A DNA stretch of 64,000 bases from Flavihumibacter sp. (GTDB lineage: Bacteria; Bacteroidota; Bacteroidia; Chitinophagales; Chitinophagaceae): positions 104,071 to 168,070 of the forward strand of contig NZ_JAKFDQ010000016.1 in NCBI RefSeq assembly GCF_036676075.1. The letters are read 5' to 3'. Shown in pieces: positions 18,833-27,427 of the stretch (the first letter of the stretch is position 1; every line of letters begins with the position of its first letter). A program made the translations under genes and the position numbers. Below the pieces are notes generated by a model. The model worked only from the letters and a program-made list of their open reading frames with translations, was not told the origin of the DNA and did not search any database.

Positions 18833-20047
18833 ATGAAAAATCAAAATAAAGTATTTGTGCTGGAAGGGAAAGTTCAGCACTATCAATGGGGTGGTTTCAC
18901 CTACCTGCCTGAATTGCTGGGAATTGACAACCAGAAGGGCGAGCCTTTCGCAGAATACTGGCTGGGCGCACATTCACAGGCAGCTTCTATTATCAGGGGA
19001 GATGGATCGCTGGCAGAATTAATTGCGAATGATCCTGCTGTACTGGGAGAAAAGGTGAAAAACACCTTTGGCCGTTTGCCCTACCTGCTCAAGATCCTCG
19101 ATGTAAAAGATATGCTCAGCATACAGGTGCACCCAACAAAGGAGATGGCCGTCAAAGGATTTGCCGCTGAGAATTCGGCAGGCCTGGCGGCTACTGCTTC
19201 CAACCGGAATTATAAAGATGATAACCACAAGCCAGAACTGATGGTGGCGCTGGGCGATTTCTGGCTATTGCATGGTTTCAGGCCGGTACAGTCCATGCAT
19301 AATATTCTCGACTCCATTCCTGAGTTGCAATTCCTGCTGGAGATTTTTGGAGATGGCGACTATAAAGCTCTTTATAAAGAGGTTATGGAGATGCCACAGG
19401 AGGAAGTGAATCGCAGACTGGGTCCACTCCTTGAGCGCATACTGCAGGTTTATGAGAAAGGAAAGCTCCAAAAGTCAGCACCCGACTTCTGGGCAGCAAG
19501 AGCAGCCCTCACCTTTAAAAACGGTGAGAATATCGATCGTGGAATATTTTCTGTTTACCTGCTGAACCTGGTATTCCTGAAGAAAGGGGAGGCCATCTTT
19601 CAGGATGCAGGAATTCTGCATGCCTATCTGGAGGGACAGAATGTAGAGATCATGGCCAATTCTGATAATGTTTTGAGAGGCGGACTTACACCCAAGCATA
19701 TTGATGTTCCCGAGTTACTAAAGCATGTTTCTTTTCATGCAGTGGAACCGAAGGTGATAGTGGGAACCACGCTGAATGGTTTCGAGAAGAAGTTCTTTAG
19801 CCCTGCTGCCGATTTCGAACTGAGCCAGCTCCATATTGTGAAAGACAGCAGCAAGAGCCTGCATACCCCAACCACTGATATACTGATTGTTTTGGAGGGA
19901 AAGCTGGTAGCAGAGGAAGAAAACGCAGGAAGCCAAACCCCCATAATTGTGGATAAAGGGGGTAGCCTACTGCTTACGGCAGGGGCCCGGATAAGGCTGG
20001 AATCCCCAACAGGAGCGGTTTTATACCGCGCCACGGTACCATCCTGA
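18833..20047 (+). CDS. manA: mannose-6-phosphate isomerase class I; start revised
   Basis: QHYQWGG, AEYWLGAH, LSIQVHP, NHKPE, HAYLEG, ANSDNVLRGGLT. Confidence 0.95.
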   Translation: MKNQNKVFVLEGKVQHYQWGGFTYLPELLGIDNQKGEPFAEYWLGAHSQAASIIRGDGSLAELIANDPAVLGEKVKNTFGRLPYLLKILDVKDMLSIQVHPTKEMAVKGFAAENSAGLAATASNRNYKDDNHKPELMVALGDFWLLHGFRPVQSMHNILDSIPELQFLLEIFGDGDYKALYKEVMEMPQEEVNRRLGPLLERILQVYEKGKLQKSAPDFWAARAALTFKNGENIDRGIFSVYLLNLVFLKKGEAIFQDAGILHAYLEGQNVEIMANSDNVLRGGLTPKHIDVPELLKHVSFHAVEPKVIVGTTLNGFEKKFFSPAADFELSQLHIVKDSSKSLHTPTTDILIVLEGKLVAEEENAGSQTPIIVDKGGSLLLTAGARIRLESPTGAVLYRATVPS

Positions 20048-20115
20048 GGGCCCTGAAAAACTTTAATGGCCGGAGCCCTCTTTTATTTTATTTTTGCCAT
20101 CTATCTTCACTCATT

Positions 20116-20673
20116 ATGAAACTGAACAGATCTATAATCATTTCACTTGTTTTACTGATTATCGTTGCGGCCCTATACCGTATCATCCCTTCCCGTCCCC
20201 TTGGTTTTGCTCCCCATATTGCCATGGCATTGTTTGGTGGCGCTATGCTTAAAGACAGGAAATGGGCTTTCGCACTTCCCATATTTTCCATGTTCATTAG
20301 TGATGCCCTCTATGAGGTGTTGTACAGAAATGGCCTTTCAGATATCTCCGGATTCTACAAGGGACAGATCACCAATTATATTCTCTTCATGGGTCTCACA
20401 CTAATTGGATTCATGATCCGTAAGGTGAATGTTATCAATGTTGCCGCCGCATCACTCGCTGCGCCAACTGTTTATTTCCTTGTTTCTAACTTCCTGGTAT
20501 GGATCTCTGGTGGTGGTTTCAACCGTCCCAAAACTTTCGGCGGATTGATGCAGTGCTACACCGATGCACTTCCATTCTATACTGGTAGCCTTGCTGCAAC
20601 TGCAGTTTTCAGCCTGGTACTTTTTGGAGGATATTATTTTGTAAGCAAACAATCCAAAGCAAGCCTCGCATAA
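20116..20673 (+). CDS. DUF6580-like putative membrane transport protein
   Basis: AMALFGGA, FLVSNF..W and L.QCYTDALPF pattern; multi-TM. Confidence 0.7.
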   Translation: MKLNRSIIISLVLLIIVAALYRIIPSRPLGFAPHIAMALFGGAMLKDRKWAFALPIFSMFISDALYEVLYRNGLSDISGFYKGQITNYILFMGLTLIGFMIRKVNVINVAAASLAAPTVYFLVSNFLVWISGGGFNRPKTFGGLMQCYTDALPFYTGSLAATAVFSLVLFGGYYFVSKQSKASLA

Positions 20674-20695
20674 TATTATTTTTCCGACCAATCAT

Positions 20696-20732
20696 AAAAA
20701 AAGATCCCGCACTAAATGCGGGATCTTTTTTT
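20696..20732. terminator. bidirectional intrinsic terminator
   Basis: A7-GATCCCGCA-CTAAA-TGCGGGATC-T7. Confidence 0.85.
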
Positions 20733-20753
20733 ATACATAAACCTGTCAATTTT

Positions 20754-21812
20754 TTAAGGAAGCAAAGTTCCGTTCTCTACATAATGCGTGAGCGCATTGC
20801 CGCCCGAAAAACTTGTCCAGTTATTCAGATCAAAACTTCCATTGCCGGTTCCTGACCCTGTAATTCTATATCCTGCCACTGCCAATTGATTGCGATTCCA
20901 GGTAAGGGGAGTTTTTGCTATGCAGGTTTCAGGCCCTGTAGAATTGTTCCAGAGGAAATATGCAGAATTGGTTCCAAATACTTTTGCAATTCCATTTGCT
21001 TCAATAGCTACCGCCGTTTGTTCATCAACACCAATTCCTCTTACAGTTGGCATAGCCCTGTCTTTCATCATGCGCGCCAGCCAGCTTATATGCCTGCCCA
21101 TGCGGGTGCGCTGCGAATAATGGGAATCAGTAATCGTATTGGCTAAAATTGGAGCAGCAACAAAATCCGCGTGACCAAGTGTGTTATAACGATGATAGGG
21201 GTCACCCAATGCCTGCACCGATGTTACCGAGCCGGCAGATGCACTATAATAACTGCTGCCAAGAATTGCCAGTCCCGCACTGGTACCACCCACCGGAACC
21301 TTTTTGGTATTGATGAGATAGTTGATAGCATCTTCCGTTGGCGTATCCTTCCAGTAGCTTATATAATTCCACTGGTCGCCACCCGCAATGAAAAGCATTT
21401 CTGCATTTCTTATCTTCTGCGCTACCCCGGCATCCATGGCTTTTGTTCTGCTGTCAAGCATTATCGTTTCAACTGAATTGACGGTACCCAATCCAAACAT
21501 ATAACTGTTATACCCATCCGCACCGGAAGACCTTATCACCACAACATCACCACCGCCACTTTTGCCTATCATCCACTGGATGGCAGCATCTACATCTGTG
21601 CTTCCACCCATCAGCAATAATCCTCCCGTGGTAGTTGTTTGAACGTCGGCTGCATCACCTGTTAAATAGGTTACGATGCCTCCGCTGCCACCTCCTCCTG
21701 GCTTAGCCATTTGAATGGGATCTAATGTTGCAGTATCTATTTTTTCCTGCGTCTTTGCACAGGAGCTCAGAATAGTGAGCGCAATAATTGTTGGGATAAA
21801 GCCTGACTTCAT
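20754..21812 (-). CDS. lipoprotein cyanophycinase / peptidase S51
   Basis: Lipobox LSSC; LLLMGG, FIAGGDQ, GGTSAG nucleophile, DSHYSQRTRMGR, GVDEQTA. Confidence 0.85.
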   Translation of the reverse strand: MKSGFIPTIIALTILSSCAKTQEKIDTATLDPIQMAKPGGGGSGGIVTYLTGDAADVQTTTTGGLLLMGGSTDVDAAIQWMIGKSGGGDVVVIRSSGADGYNSYMFGLGTVNSVETIMLDSRTKAMDAGVAQKIRNAEMLFIAGGDQWNYISYWKDTPTEDAINYLINTKKVPVGGTSAGLAILGSSYYSASAGSVTSVQALGDPYHRYNTLGHADFVAAPILANTITDSHYSQRTRMGRHISWLARMMKDRAMPTVRGIGVDEQTAVAIEANGIAKVFGTNSAYFLWNNSTGPETCIAKTPLTWNRNQLAVAGYRITGSGTGNGSFDLNNWTSFSGGNALTHYVENGTLLP

Positions 21813-21847
21813 AGTGCTGGTTTTTTGTATAAGATAGTAAAATTATC

Positions 21848-22732
21848 TTATGCCATAACCGCTACCATACCCAATGCCTCTCTCGCGAGTTCTTTACTAC
21901 CGTCTATCTCCACCCGCTCCATTGCTTCAAGGGGATTGATTGCCCTGGTAAATAGTTGCCAGGCGAGTTCTGCTGGTATGCGGATGCTGGCAGTAGCAAT
22001 CATGCCTGCATCATTTGTTTCCTTTTCGGTGACACCAGCAATTGTATTTCCATTATAACCAACTTCAGCCTCTTCAATCAACACCCAGCCCTCACCCGTT
22101 TTTTTCCATTGCCAACGGAGCAGACTAGCCGAAATGATCTCCATCCTCAAAACAGAACCTTCCCCAGCCTTGCTGTTTCTTAATGCATGGGGCATTCCCA
22201 TTAATAATGTGCTGATAAACGGATCGAATAATTCAGGCACCATCAGTGGTTCGGGCATGCCAAGTGCTGTCCTGATCTGCTGCTGGTGATGCCATTTTTC
22301 AGTGTACTCCCTTGCAACATGAAACCAATTGAGTGATCGTGTTTCTCCTGCCCAACTCACCGCAAAGATCGCTTCAGCCATGGGATCAAGCGATGCCATG
22401 CAGGCACAGAATTCCAGACCCGTTGTTTCCAACTGCTCAATCAATAACTCGGCACTCACACGCTTATATGCCGATACCCATTCAGCATTCAGCTTATTGA
22501 GAAAATCCACCAGATCTGAATAGGAATTTATTGCTCCAGGCGGCTCCCCAAAATGGCCATCCCTCAGCATGGAAATGGTCCGGATATTTCCATCCAGCAA
22601 ATGCGCCGCCACATCTTTCACGGTCCACTTCCTGGCCAGCGTATACCGCTTCCAGTCTTCTTTAGAGCAGGATCGCAGGCATTCTATAAGCAGCGTGTCC
22701 AATACAGGGAAGAGGGCAACAGTATGGATCAT
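21848..22732 (-). CDS. DinB/MDMPI-N family (maleylpyruvate isomerase-like) protein
   Basis: WTVKDVAAHL and EKWHHQQQIR metal-binding His pattern. Confidence 0.75.
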   Translation of the reverse strand: MIHTVALFPVLDTLLIECLRSCSKEDWKRYTLARKWTVKDVAAHLLDGNIRTISMLRDGHFGEPPGAINSYSDLVDFLNKLNAEWVSAYKRVSAELLIEQLETTGLEFCACMASLDPMAEAIFAVSWAGETRSLNWFHVAREYTEKWHHQQQIRTALGMPEPLMVPELFDPFISTLLMGMPHALRNSKAGEGSVLRMEIISASLLRWQWKKTGEGWVLIEEAEVGYNGNTIAGVTEKETNDAGMIATASIRIPAELAWQLFTRAINPLEAMERVEIDGSKELAREALGMVAVMA

Positions 22733-22757
22733 CGGCTATTTTTTTAGGTTGAAATGA

Positions 22758-23957
22758 TCAGAGTAACTGGTCGGGATAATTGGTTTGGGGGATGGCAGTG
22801 TTTTTATTAAAGAGATACCTGTTCTTCCATGCTGCAAAAGCCGCGGCCAGCGTAAGGAAGAATAGTATGCTTAGTCCGGAGGCAACACTGTACTGTTCTG
22901 CCACCAATCCGATCATCGACGGACCAGCAAGAAATCCTATCAGCCCACCACTGGCTACTGCCGAAATGCCCGTTACAGCGCTTACTCCCGGTACCTTGGT
23001 CGCCGCGCTGAATAGCACCGGCACAATACAGGAGAATCCAAGCCCTATCAAAGTAAATCCTGTTATTGCCACTGGTATCGAATTAAATGCAATGGCCAGC
23101 AGAAATCCTATACCTGCAATGATACTACCGGCAATGGTTATCCGTTTGCTCCCCACCCTCGGTATCCAGTTATCACCATTGAACCTGCCAATGGCCATGG
23201 CAATGGAGAAGCCTGCAAATCCCAGTCCTGCAATGGCCTTGCTTCCTTCCAGTGATTCCTTAAGATAAATAGCACTCCAGTCGGCCACGCATCCTTCGCC
23301 CATAAAAGTGACGAAGCAAATAAATGCGAGTCCCAATACACTCCCCGAAGGTAACCGGAAGCCCTGGTCTGATTCAATGATCTGACGGTAGGAGAGGAAG
23401 TGGTTACGCATCAGCAATATGCTTACCATCAATACTGCTGCTACCAATAGTATCTGATGATAGGCCGTCATCTGCATGCTGTAAAAGAATGCCGCCAGAC
23501 CAGCACTGAAGCCTCCTCCCAAACTGTACATACCGTGAGAGGTACTCATTATATGCCTGTTATGTTTTTTCTCCAGCAGGTCAACAACAGCGTTGGTGGA
23601 AACGCCATTTAGAAAGCCGATGAGTCCTGTTGCATATAGCGCTATCCACAACATCACCGCACTATTAGCTGTTACCTGGCCAATGAAGGCAATACAATAT
23701 AGCAGGTGCCCGATCACCAGCCATTTACCAACTGCTATCCTGCGAAACACCGAAGAGGAAATGGCCACCCCTGTTAAGGCACCCACGGGTGCTAACAGTA
23801 AGGATAGTCCCAGTGTTGCATCAGTGAGGTTTAACCTCGTTTTGATTTGCGGAATAGCAGCCACCCATATCCCTAATAAAATACTGGCTACTGCAAAAAG
23901 GAACCCGATGCTGATGCTGGGCCTATGCCGGAAATAGGAGATGGTATTCTGGAGCAT
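22758..23957 (-). CDS. MFS transporter
   Basis: 12 TM segments; MSTSHGMYSLGG, EGCVADWSAIYL. Confidence 0.9.
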   Translation of the reverse strand: MLQNTISYFRHRPSISIGFLFAVASILLGIWVAAIPQIKTRLNLTDATLGLSLLLAPVGALTGVAISSSVFRRIAVGKWLVIGHLLYCIAFIGQVTANSAVMLWIALYATGLIGFLNGVSTNAVVDLLEKKHNRHIMSTSHGMYSLGGGFSAGLAAFFYSMQMTAYHQILLVAAVLMVSILLMRNHFLSYRQIIESDQGFRLPSGSVLGLAFICFVTFMGEGCVADWSAIYLKESLEGSKAIAGLGFAGFSIAMAIGRFNGDNWIPRVGSKRITIAGSIIAGIGFLLAIAFNSIPVAITGFTLIGLGFSCIVPVLFSAATKVPGVSAVTGISAVASGGLIGFLAGPSMIGLVAEQYSVASGLSILFFLTLAAAFAAWKNRYLFNKNTAIPQTNYPDQLL

Positions 23958-23972
23958 ATATATACGCTAAGG

Positions 23973-24440
23973 TCAGGGATTTTCTGACTCATACACCTCA
24001 TCCACTTCTAATCCCGACCCGTCGGCTGCCGCCGTGGCAAGAATATCACATCGGTTGTTGTAGGGATTGTCGGCATGCCCTTTCACCCATACAAACTTTA
24101 TCTGGTGCTGCATGGCGAGGCGGTAATAATGTTCCCAGAGGTCGCGGTTTTTTTTGCCACCCTTAAATCCGGTGGCGATCCAGTTCTTCAGCCAGCCTTG
24201 TTCAACCGCTTTTACAACATACTGGCTATCGCTGTATATAGTGATTTTTAATCCCGTCTTTGTTAGTGCTTCCAATCCCGCGATCACCGCCATCAGTTCC
24301 ATGCGGTTATTGGTTGTTTTGCGGAACCCACCTGAAAGTTCTTTCTCCCTGCTTCCCCATTTCAGTATTGTTCCATATCCACCTCTTCCCGGATTGCCCC
24401 TGCTAGCCCCATCCGTGTACATAACTAAGCCTTCTTTCAT
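23973..24440 (-). CDS. rnhA: ribonuclease HI; start revised to 24440
   Basis: YTDGASRGNPG, TTNNRMEL, YSDSQYV, WVKGH, NNRCD. Confidence 0.96.
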   Translation of the reverse strand: MKEGLVMYTDGASRGNPGRGGYGTILKWGSREKELSGGFRKTTNNRMELMAVIAGLEALTKTGLKITIYSDSQYVVKAVEQGWLKNWIATGFKGGKKNRDLWEHYYRLAMQHQIKFVWVKGHADNPYNNRCDILATAAADGSGLEVDEVYESENP

Positions 24441-24462
24441 GCTGCAAATTAAAAGACTTTTT

Positions 24463-24520
24463 CCATCCCTCCATCCCTCCATCTCTCCATTCCATCCCTC
24501 CATCCCTCCATCCCTCCATC
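24463..24520. repeat. imperfect 8-bp tandem repeat (CCATCCCT, about 7 units)
   Basis: Read directly between the carboxylase stop codon and rnhA. Confidence 0.9.
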
Positions 24521-26147
24521 ACACCTGAAACACCCCCACACTCATATTCCCCACCACCGGGTTATGATTCGCCGCATGTATTCCCTCAGCAATCACCCGC
24601 CGCGTTTGCAGCGGATCTATAATTTCGTCTACCCAAAGACGTGATGCTGCATAATATGGACTGGTTTGTTTTTCATAGCTTCCCTTGATCTCATTGAGTA
24701 AACGCTGCTCGTCTTCCGGCGCTACTTCCTGTCCCTTGGCTTTCATCGCAGCAACCTGTATCTGTAACAGTGTTTTAGCAGCCTGGTCGCCGCCCATCAC
24801 TGCAATACGCGCACTAGGCCATGCATAGATAAATCGTGGGTCATACGCCTTTCCACACATCGCATAATTGCCCGCGCCATAAGAGTTGCCGAGTACAATA
24901 GTGATCTTTGGAACAACTGAATTGGCAACGGCATTCACCATTTTTGCACCATCTTTAATAATACCTGAATGCTCACTTCTTGAGCCAACCATAAAGCCGG
25001 TTACATCCTGTAAGAAAACCAGCGGTATTCTTTTCTGGTTACAGTTGAGAATGAAACGCGCGGCCTTGTCGGCACTGTCGTTATAGATAACACCACCCAT
25101 CTGCATCTCGCCCTTCTTGGTTTTTAATACAAGCCGCTGGTTGGCTACAATACCAACAGCCCATCCCTCAATTCGCGCATAACCGCAAACGATAGTCTTG
25201 CCATACTCGGCTTTGAACTCATCAAATGTGGAGCCATCAACAATGCATTCAATGATCTCCTTCATATCATAGGGCTTGGTATTGCCCTCCGGGAAAATGG
25301 TATAGATATCTTTCGGATCACGACTTGGTGCAACTGCAGCAATGCGGTCGAAACCCGCTGTGGGTTTATGTCCCAGCCTGCTCACAATACGCTTCACCTG
25401 CCTCAGGCAATCCTCTTCTGTATCAAATTTATAATCGGCGATACCACTGATAGCATTATGCGTAACAGCACCACCAAGGGTTTCTGCATCAACGTCTTCT
25501 CCTACAGCAGCCTTAACCAGGTATGGACCGGCAAGAAATATCGAGCCCTTGCCCTCCACCATCAGCGTTTCATCACTCATGATGGGCAGATATGCACCGC
25601 CCGCCACACAGGCACCCATCACCGCTGCGATCTGGGTGATACCCATGGCGCTCATCTTTGCATTGTTGCGGAACACCCTGCCAAAATGTTCTTTGTCGGG
25701 GAAGATCTCATCCTGCATCGGAAGAAAAACACCTGCACTGTCAACCAGGTAAATCACGGGTAGGTGATTCTCCATGGCGATCTCCTGAAGCCTTAAATTT
25801 TTCTTTCCGGTAATAGGAAACCAGGCGCCTGCCTTCACGGTCTGGTCGTTGGCAAGTATCACACACTGCCTTCCACTCACATAGCCGATGCCCGCAACGG
25901 TGCCACCAGCCGGGCATCCGCCCTGTTCTTCATACTGCTCATACCCGGCAAAGGCTCCCAGCTCAATGAAGCTCGCCATATCATCCACCAGAAACTCAAT
26001 GCGCTCCCTGGCAGTAAGTTTTTCGCGCTCATGCTGTTTGGCAATGGCTTTCTTTCCACCCCCCTCATAGATCTTTTCCAGCCGCTGCTTCATTTCTGCC
26101 AGGCTCAGTTTCATCGAATCTTCATTGCGGTTCTTTTCTATATTCAT
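24519..26147 (-). CDS. acyl-CoA carboxylase beta subunit (methylcrotonyl-CoA carboxylase-like)
   Basis: LTARERIEFL, TVKAGAWFP, DSAGVFLP, GACVAGGAY, SYGAGNYAMCG. Confidence 0.92.
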   Translation of the reverse strand: MNIEKNRNEDSMKLSLAEMKQRLEKIYEGGGKKAIAKQHEREKLTARERIEFLVDDMASFIELGAFAGYEQYEEQGGCPAGGTVAGIGYVSGRQCVILANDQTVKAGAWFPITGKKNLRLQEIAMENHLPVIYLVDSAGVFLPMQDEIFPDKEHFGRVFRNNAKMSAMGITQIAAVMGACVAGGAYLPIMSDETLMVEGKGSIFLAGPYLVKAAVGEDVDAETLGGAVTHNAISGIADYKFDTEEDCLRQVKRIVSRLGHKPTAGFDRIAAVAPSRDPKDIYTIFPEGNTKPYDMKEIIECIVDGSTFDEFKAEYGKTIVCGYARIEGWAVGIVANQRLVLKTKKGEMQMGGVIYNDSADKAARFILNCNQKRIPLVFLQDVTGFMVGSRSEHSGIIKDGAKMVNAVANSVVPKITIVLGNSYGAGNYAMCGKAYDPRFIYAWPSARIAVMGGDQAAKTLLQIQVAAMKAKGQEVAPEDEQRLLNEIKGSYEKQTSPYYAASRLWVDEIIDPLQTRRVIAEGIHAANHNPVVGNMSVGVFQV

Positions 26148-26271
26148 GTAAGCAAGTATAAGGATGCAAAATAAGCAGATCTGTTTCTACAAACAAACAG
26201 CTGTTAGTATTTGGTAATTGGCCCGAACATTCTTTTATTGCCGTTAGTTTTACATTCAACCCCGCGGGCCA

Positions 26272-27357
26272 ATGAATCAAAGATACCGTTACATAGGATT
26301 GTTCTCACTGGTAGGAATTGCCTTTTTGATCAAGCTGTTTTCCCTCTTCCCCAAAGCGGTGGAGAAATATTATTCCACCGGGGCCTATCCCATCATCTCG
26401 CGGGTGCTTCGCTGGCTGTTTGGATGGATGCCATTCAGTTTCGGCGACCTTGTATATGCAGTGGCGGTGATCTTTATGGGGATAGCCCTCTATAAGCTGA
26501 TCCGCGCCTTTGTTCGCAAAACAGTTACCAATGCCTGGCTGCTGCGAAACGGCGTTCGCTTCATGGTGCTCTGGCTCTGGATCTATATAATCTTCAACCT
26601 GTTCTGGGGACTGAATTATAACCGCCTCGGCATTGCCGAGCAGTCACAACTCCAGGTTACACGCTACCGCACTTATGAACTCGATACCCTGGTGGTGACC
26701 CTCATAACCCGCATGAACAGTCTGCACGCTGCCTCCGTGGAAGAAAGAAATCCCCTCCATCATAAACGAACCCTATTCACCAGGGCCTTCAACGCCTACC
26801 AGTCGCCCTCGCGCAATACGCCTTACCTACGTTACGGCGGACAATCAGTTAAACCATCCCTCTATAGTTATATCGGCAATTATCTCGGCTTCACGGGATA
26901 TTATAATCCATTTACCGGCGAAGCACAGGTGAATACCACCGTTCCGGTTTTTGTTCAGCCCTTCACCACCTGCCATGAAATTGGCCACCAGCTTGGCTAT
27001 GCCAAAGAGAACGAAGCCAATATGGCCGGCTTTCTCACCGCCAAACACAGTGAGAGCGCGGCTTTCAGGTATTCTGCCTATTTCGATCTCTACCTCTATG
27101 CCATCCGCGATCTCTACCTGCGCGACTCGGTAAGAAGTCGTGTGCTGCAGGAAAGAATTTCGCCGGGCGTGAAGGCCGATCTCAAGTTCCTGCGCGATTT
27201 TAACCGGCGCCATGTAGGCCTCCTGGAACCCGCCGTGCGCAGCCTTTATGCACAGTTTTTAGTGGCCAATAATCAGCCCCACGGACTCATGAGTTATAAC
27301 CAGGTGGTGGCCCTGGTGATCGCCTATATGAGAAAATATGGGATTGATGGCTTATAA
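26272..27357 (+). CDS. DUF3810 putative membrane zinc peptidase
   Basis: GYYNPFTGEAQVN and CHEIGHQLGYAKENEAN (HExxH). Confidence 0.85.
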   Translation: MNQRYRYIGLFSLVGIAFLIKLFSLFPKAVEKYYSTGAYPIISRVLRWLFGWMPFSFGDLVYAVAVIFMGIALYKLIRAFVRKTVTNAWLLRNGVRFMVLWLWIYIIFNLFWGLNYNRLGIAEQSQLQVTRYRTYELDTLVVTLITRMNSLHAASVEERNPLHHKRTLFTRAFNAYQSPSRNTPYLRYGGQSVKPSLYSYIGNYLGFTGYYNPFTGEAQVNTTVPVFVQPFTTCHEIGHQLGYAKENEANMAGFLTAKHSESAAFRYSAYFDLYLYAIRDLYLRDSVRSRVLQERISPGVKADLKFLRDFNRRHVGLLEPAVRSLYAQFLVANNQPHGLMSYNQVVALVIAYMRKYGIDGL

Positions 27358-27427
27358 TTTACCACTCAAATAAAGTTTGAAGGCGTACACAAGATTTTCA
27401 GCATATTGTCAGACAATTTTAACTTGT

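Noticed and set aside
17817-18973. Long overlaps among the xerD/YkgJ and YraN/manA ORFs
   Set aside because: They disappear when downstream starts (17816, 17889, 18799, 18833) are used; the extensions have no family similarity.
20048-20115. Riboswitch ahead of the DUF6580-like transporter
   Set aside because: The gap is only 68 bp and has no recognisable aptamer motifs.
24441-24503. N-terminal extension MEGWNGEMEGWRDG on RNase HI
   Set aside because: It is simply the translation of the 8-bp microsatellite; the real start is more likely 24440.
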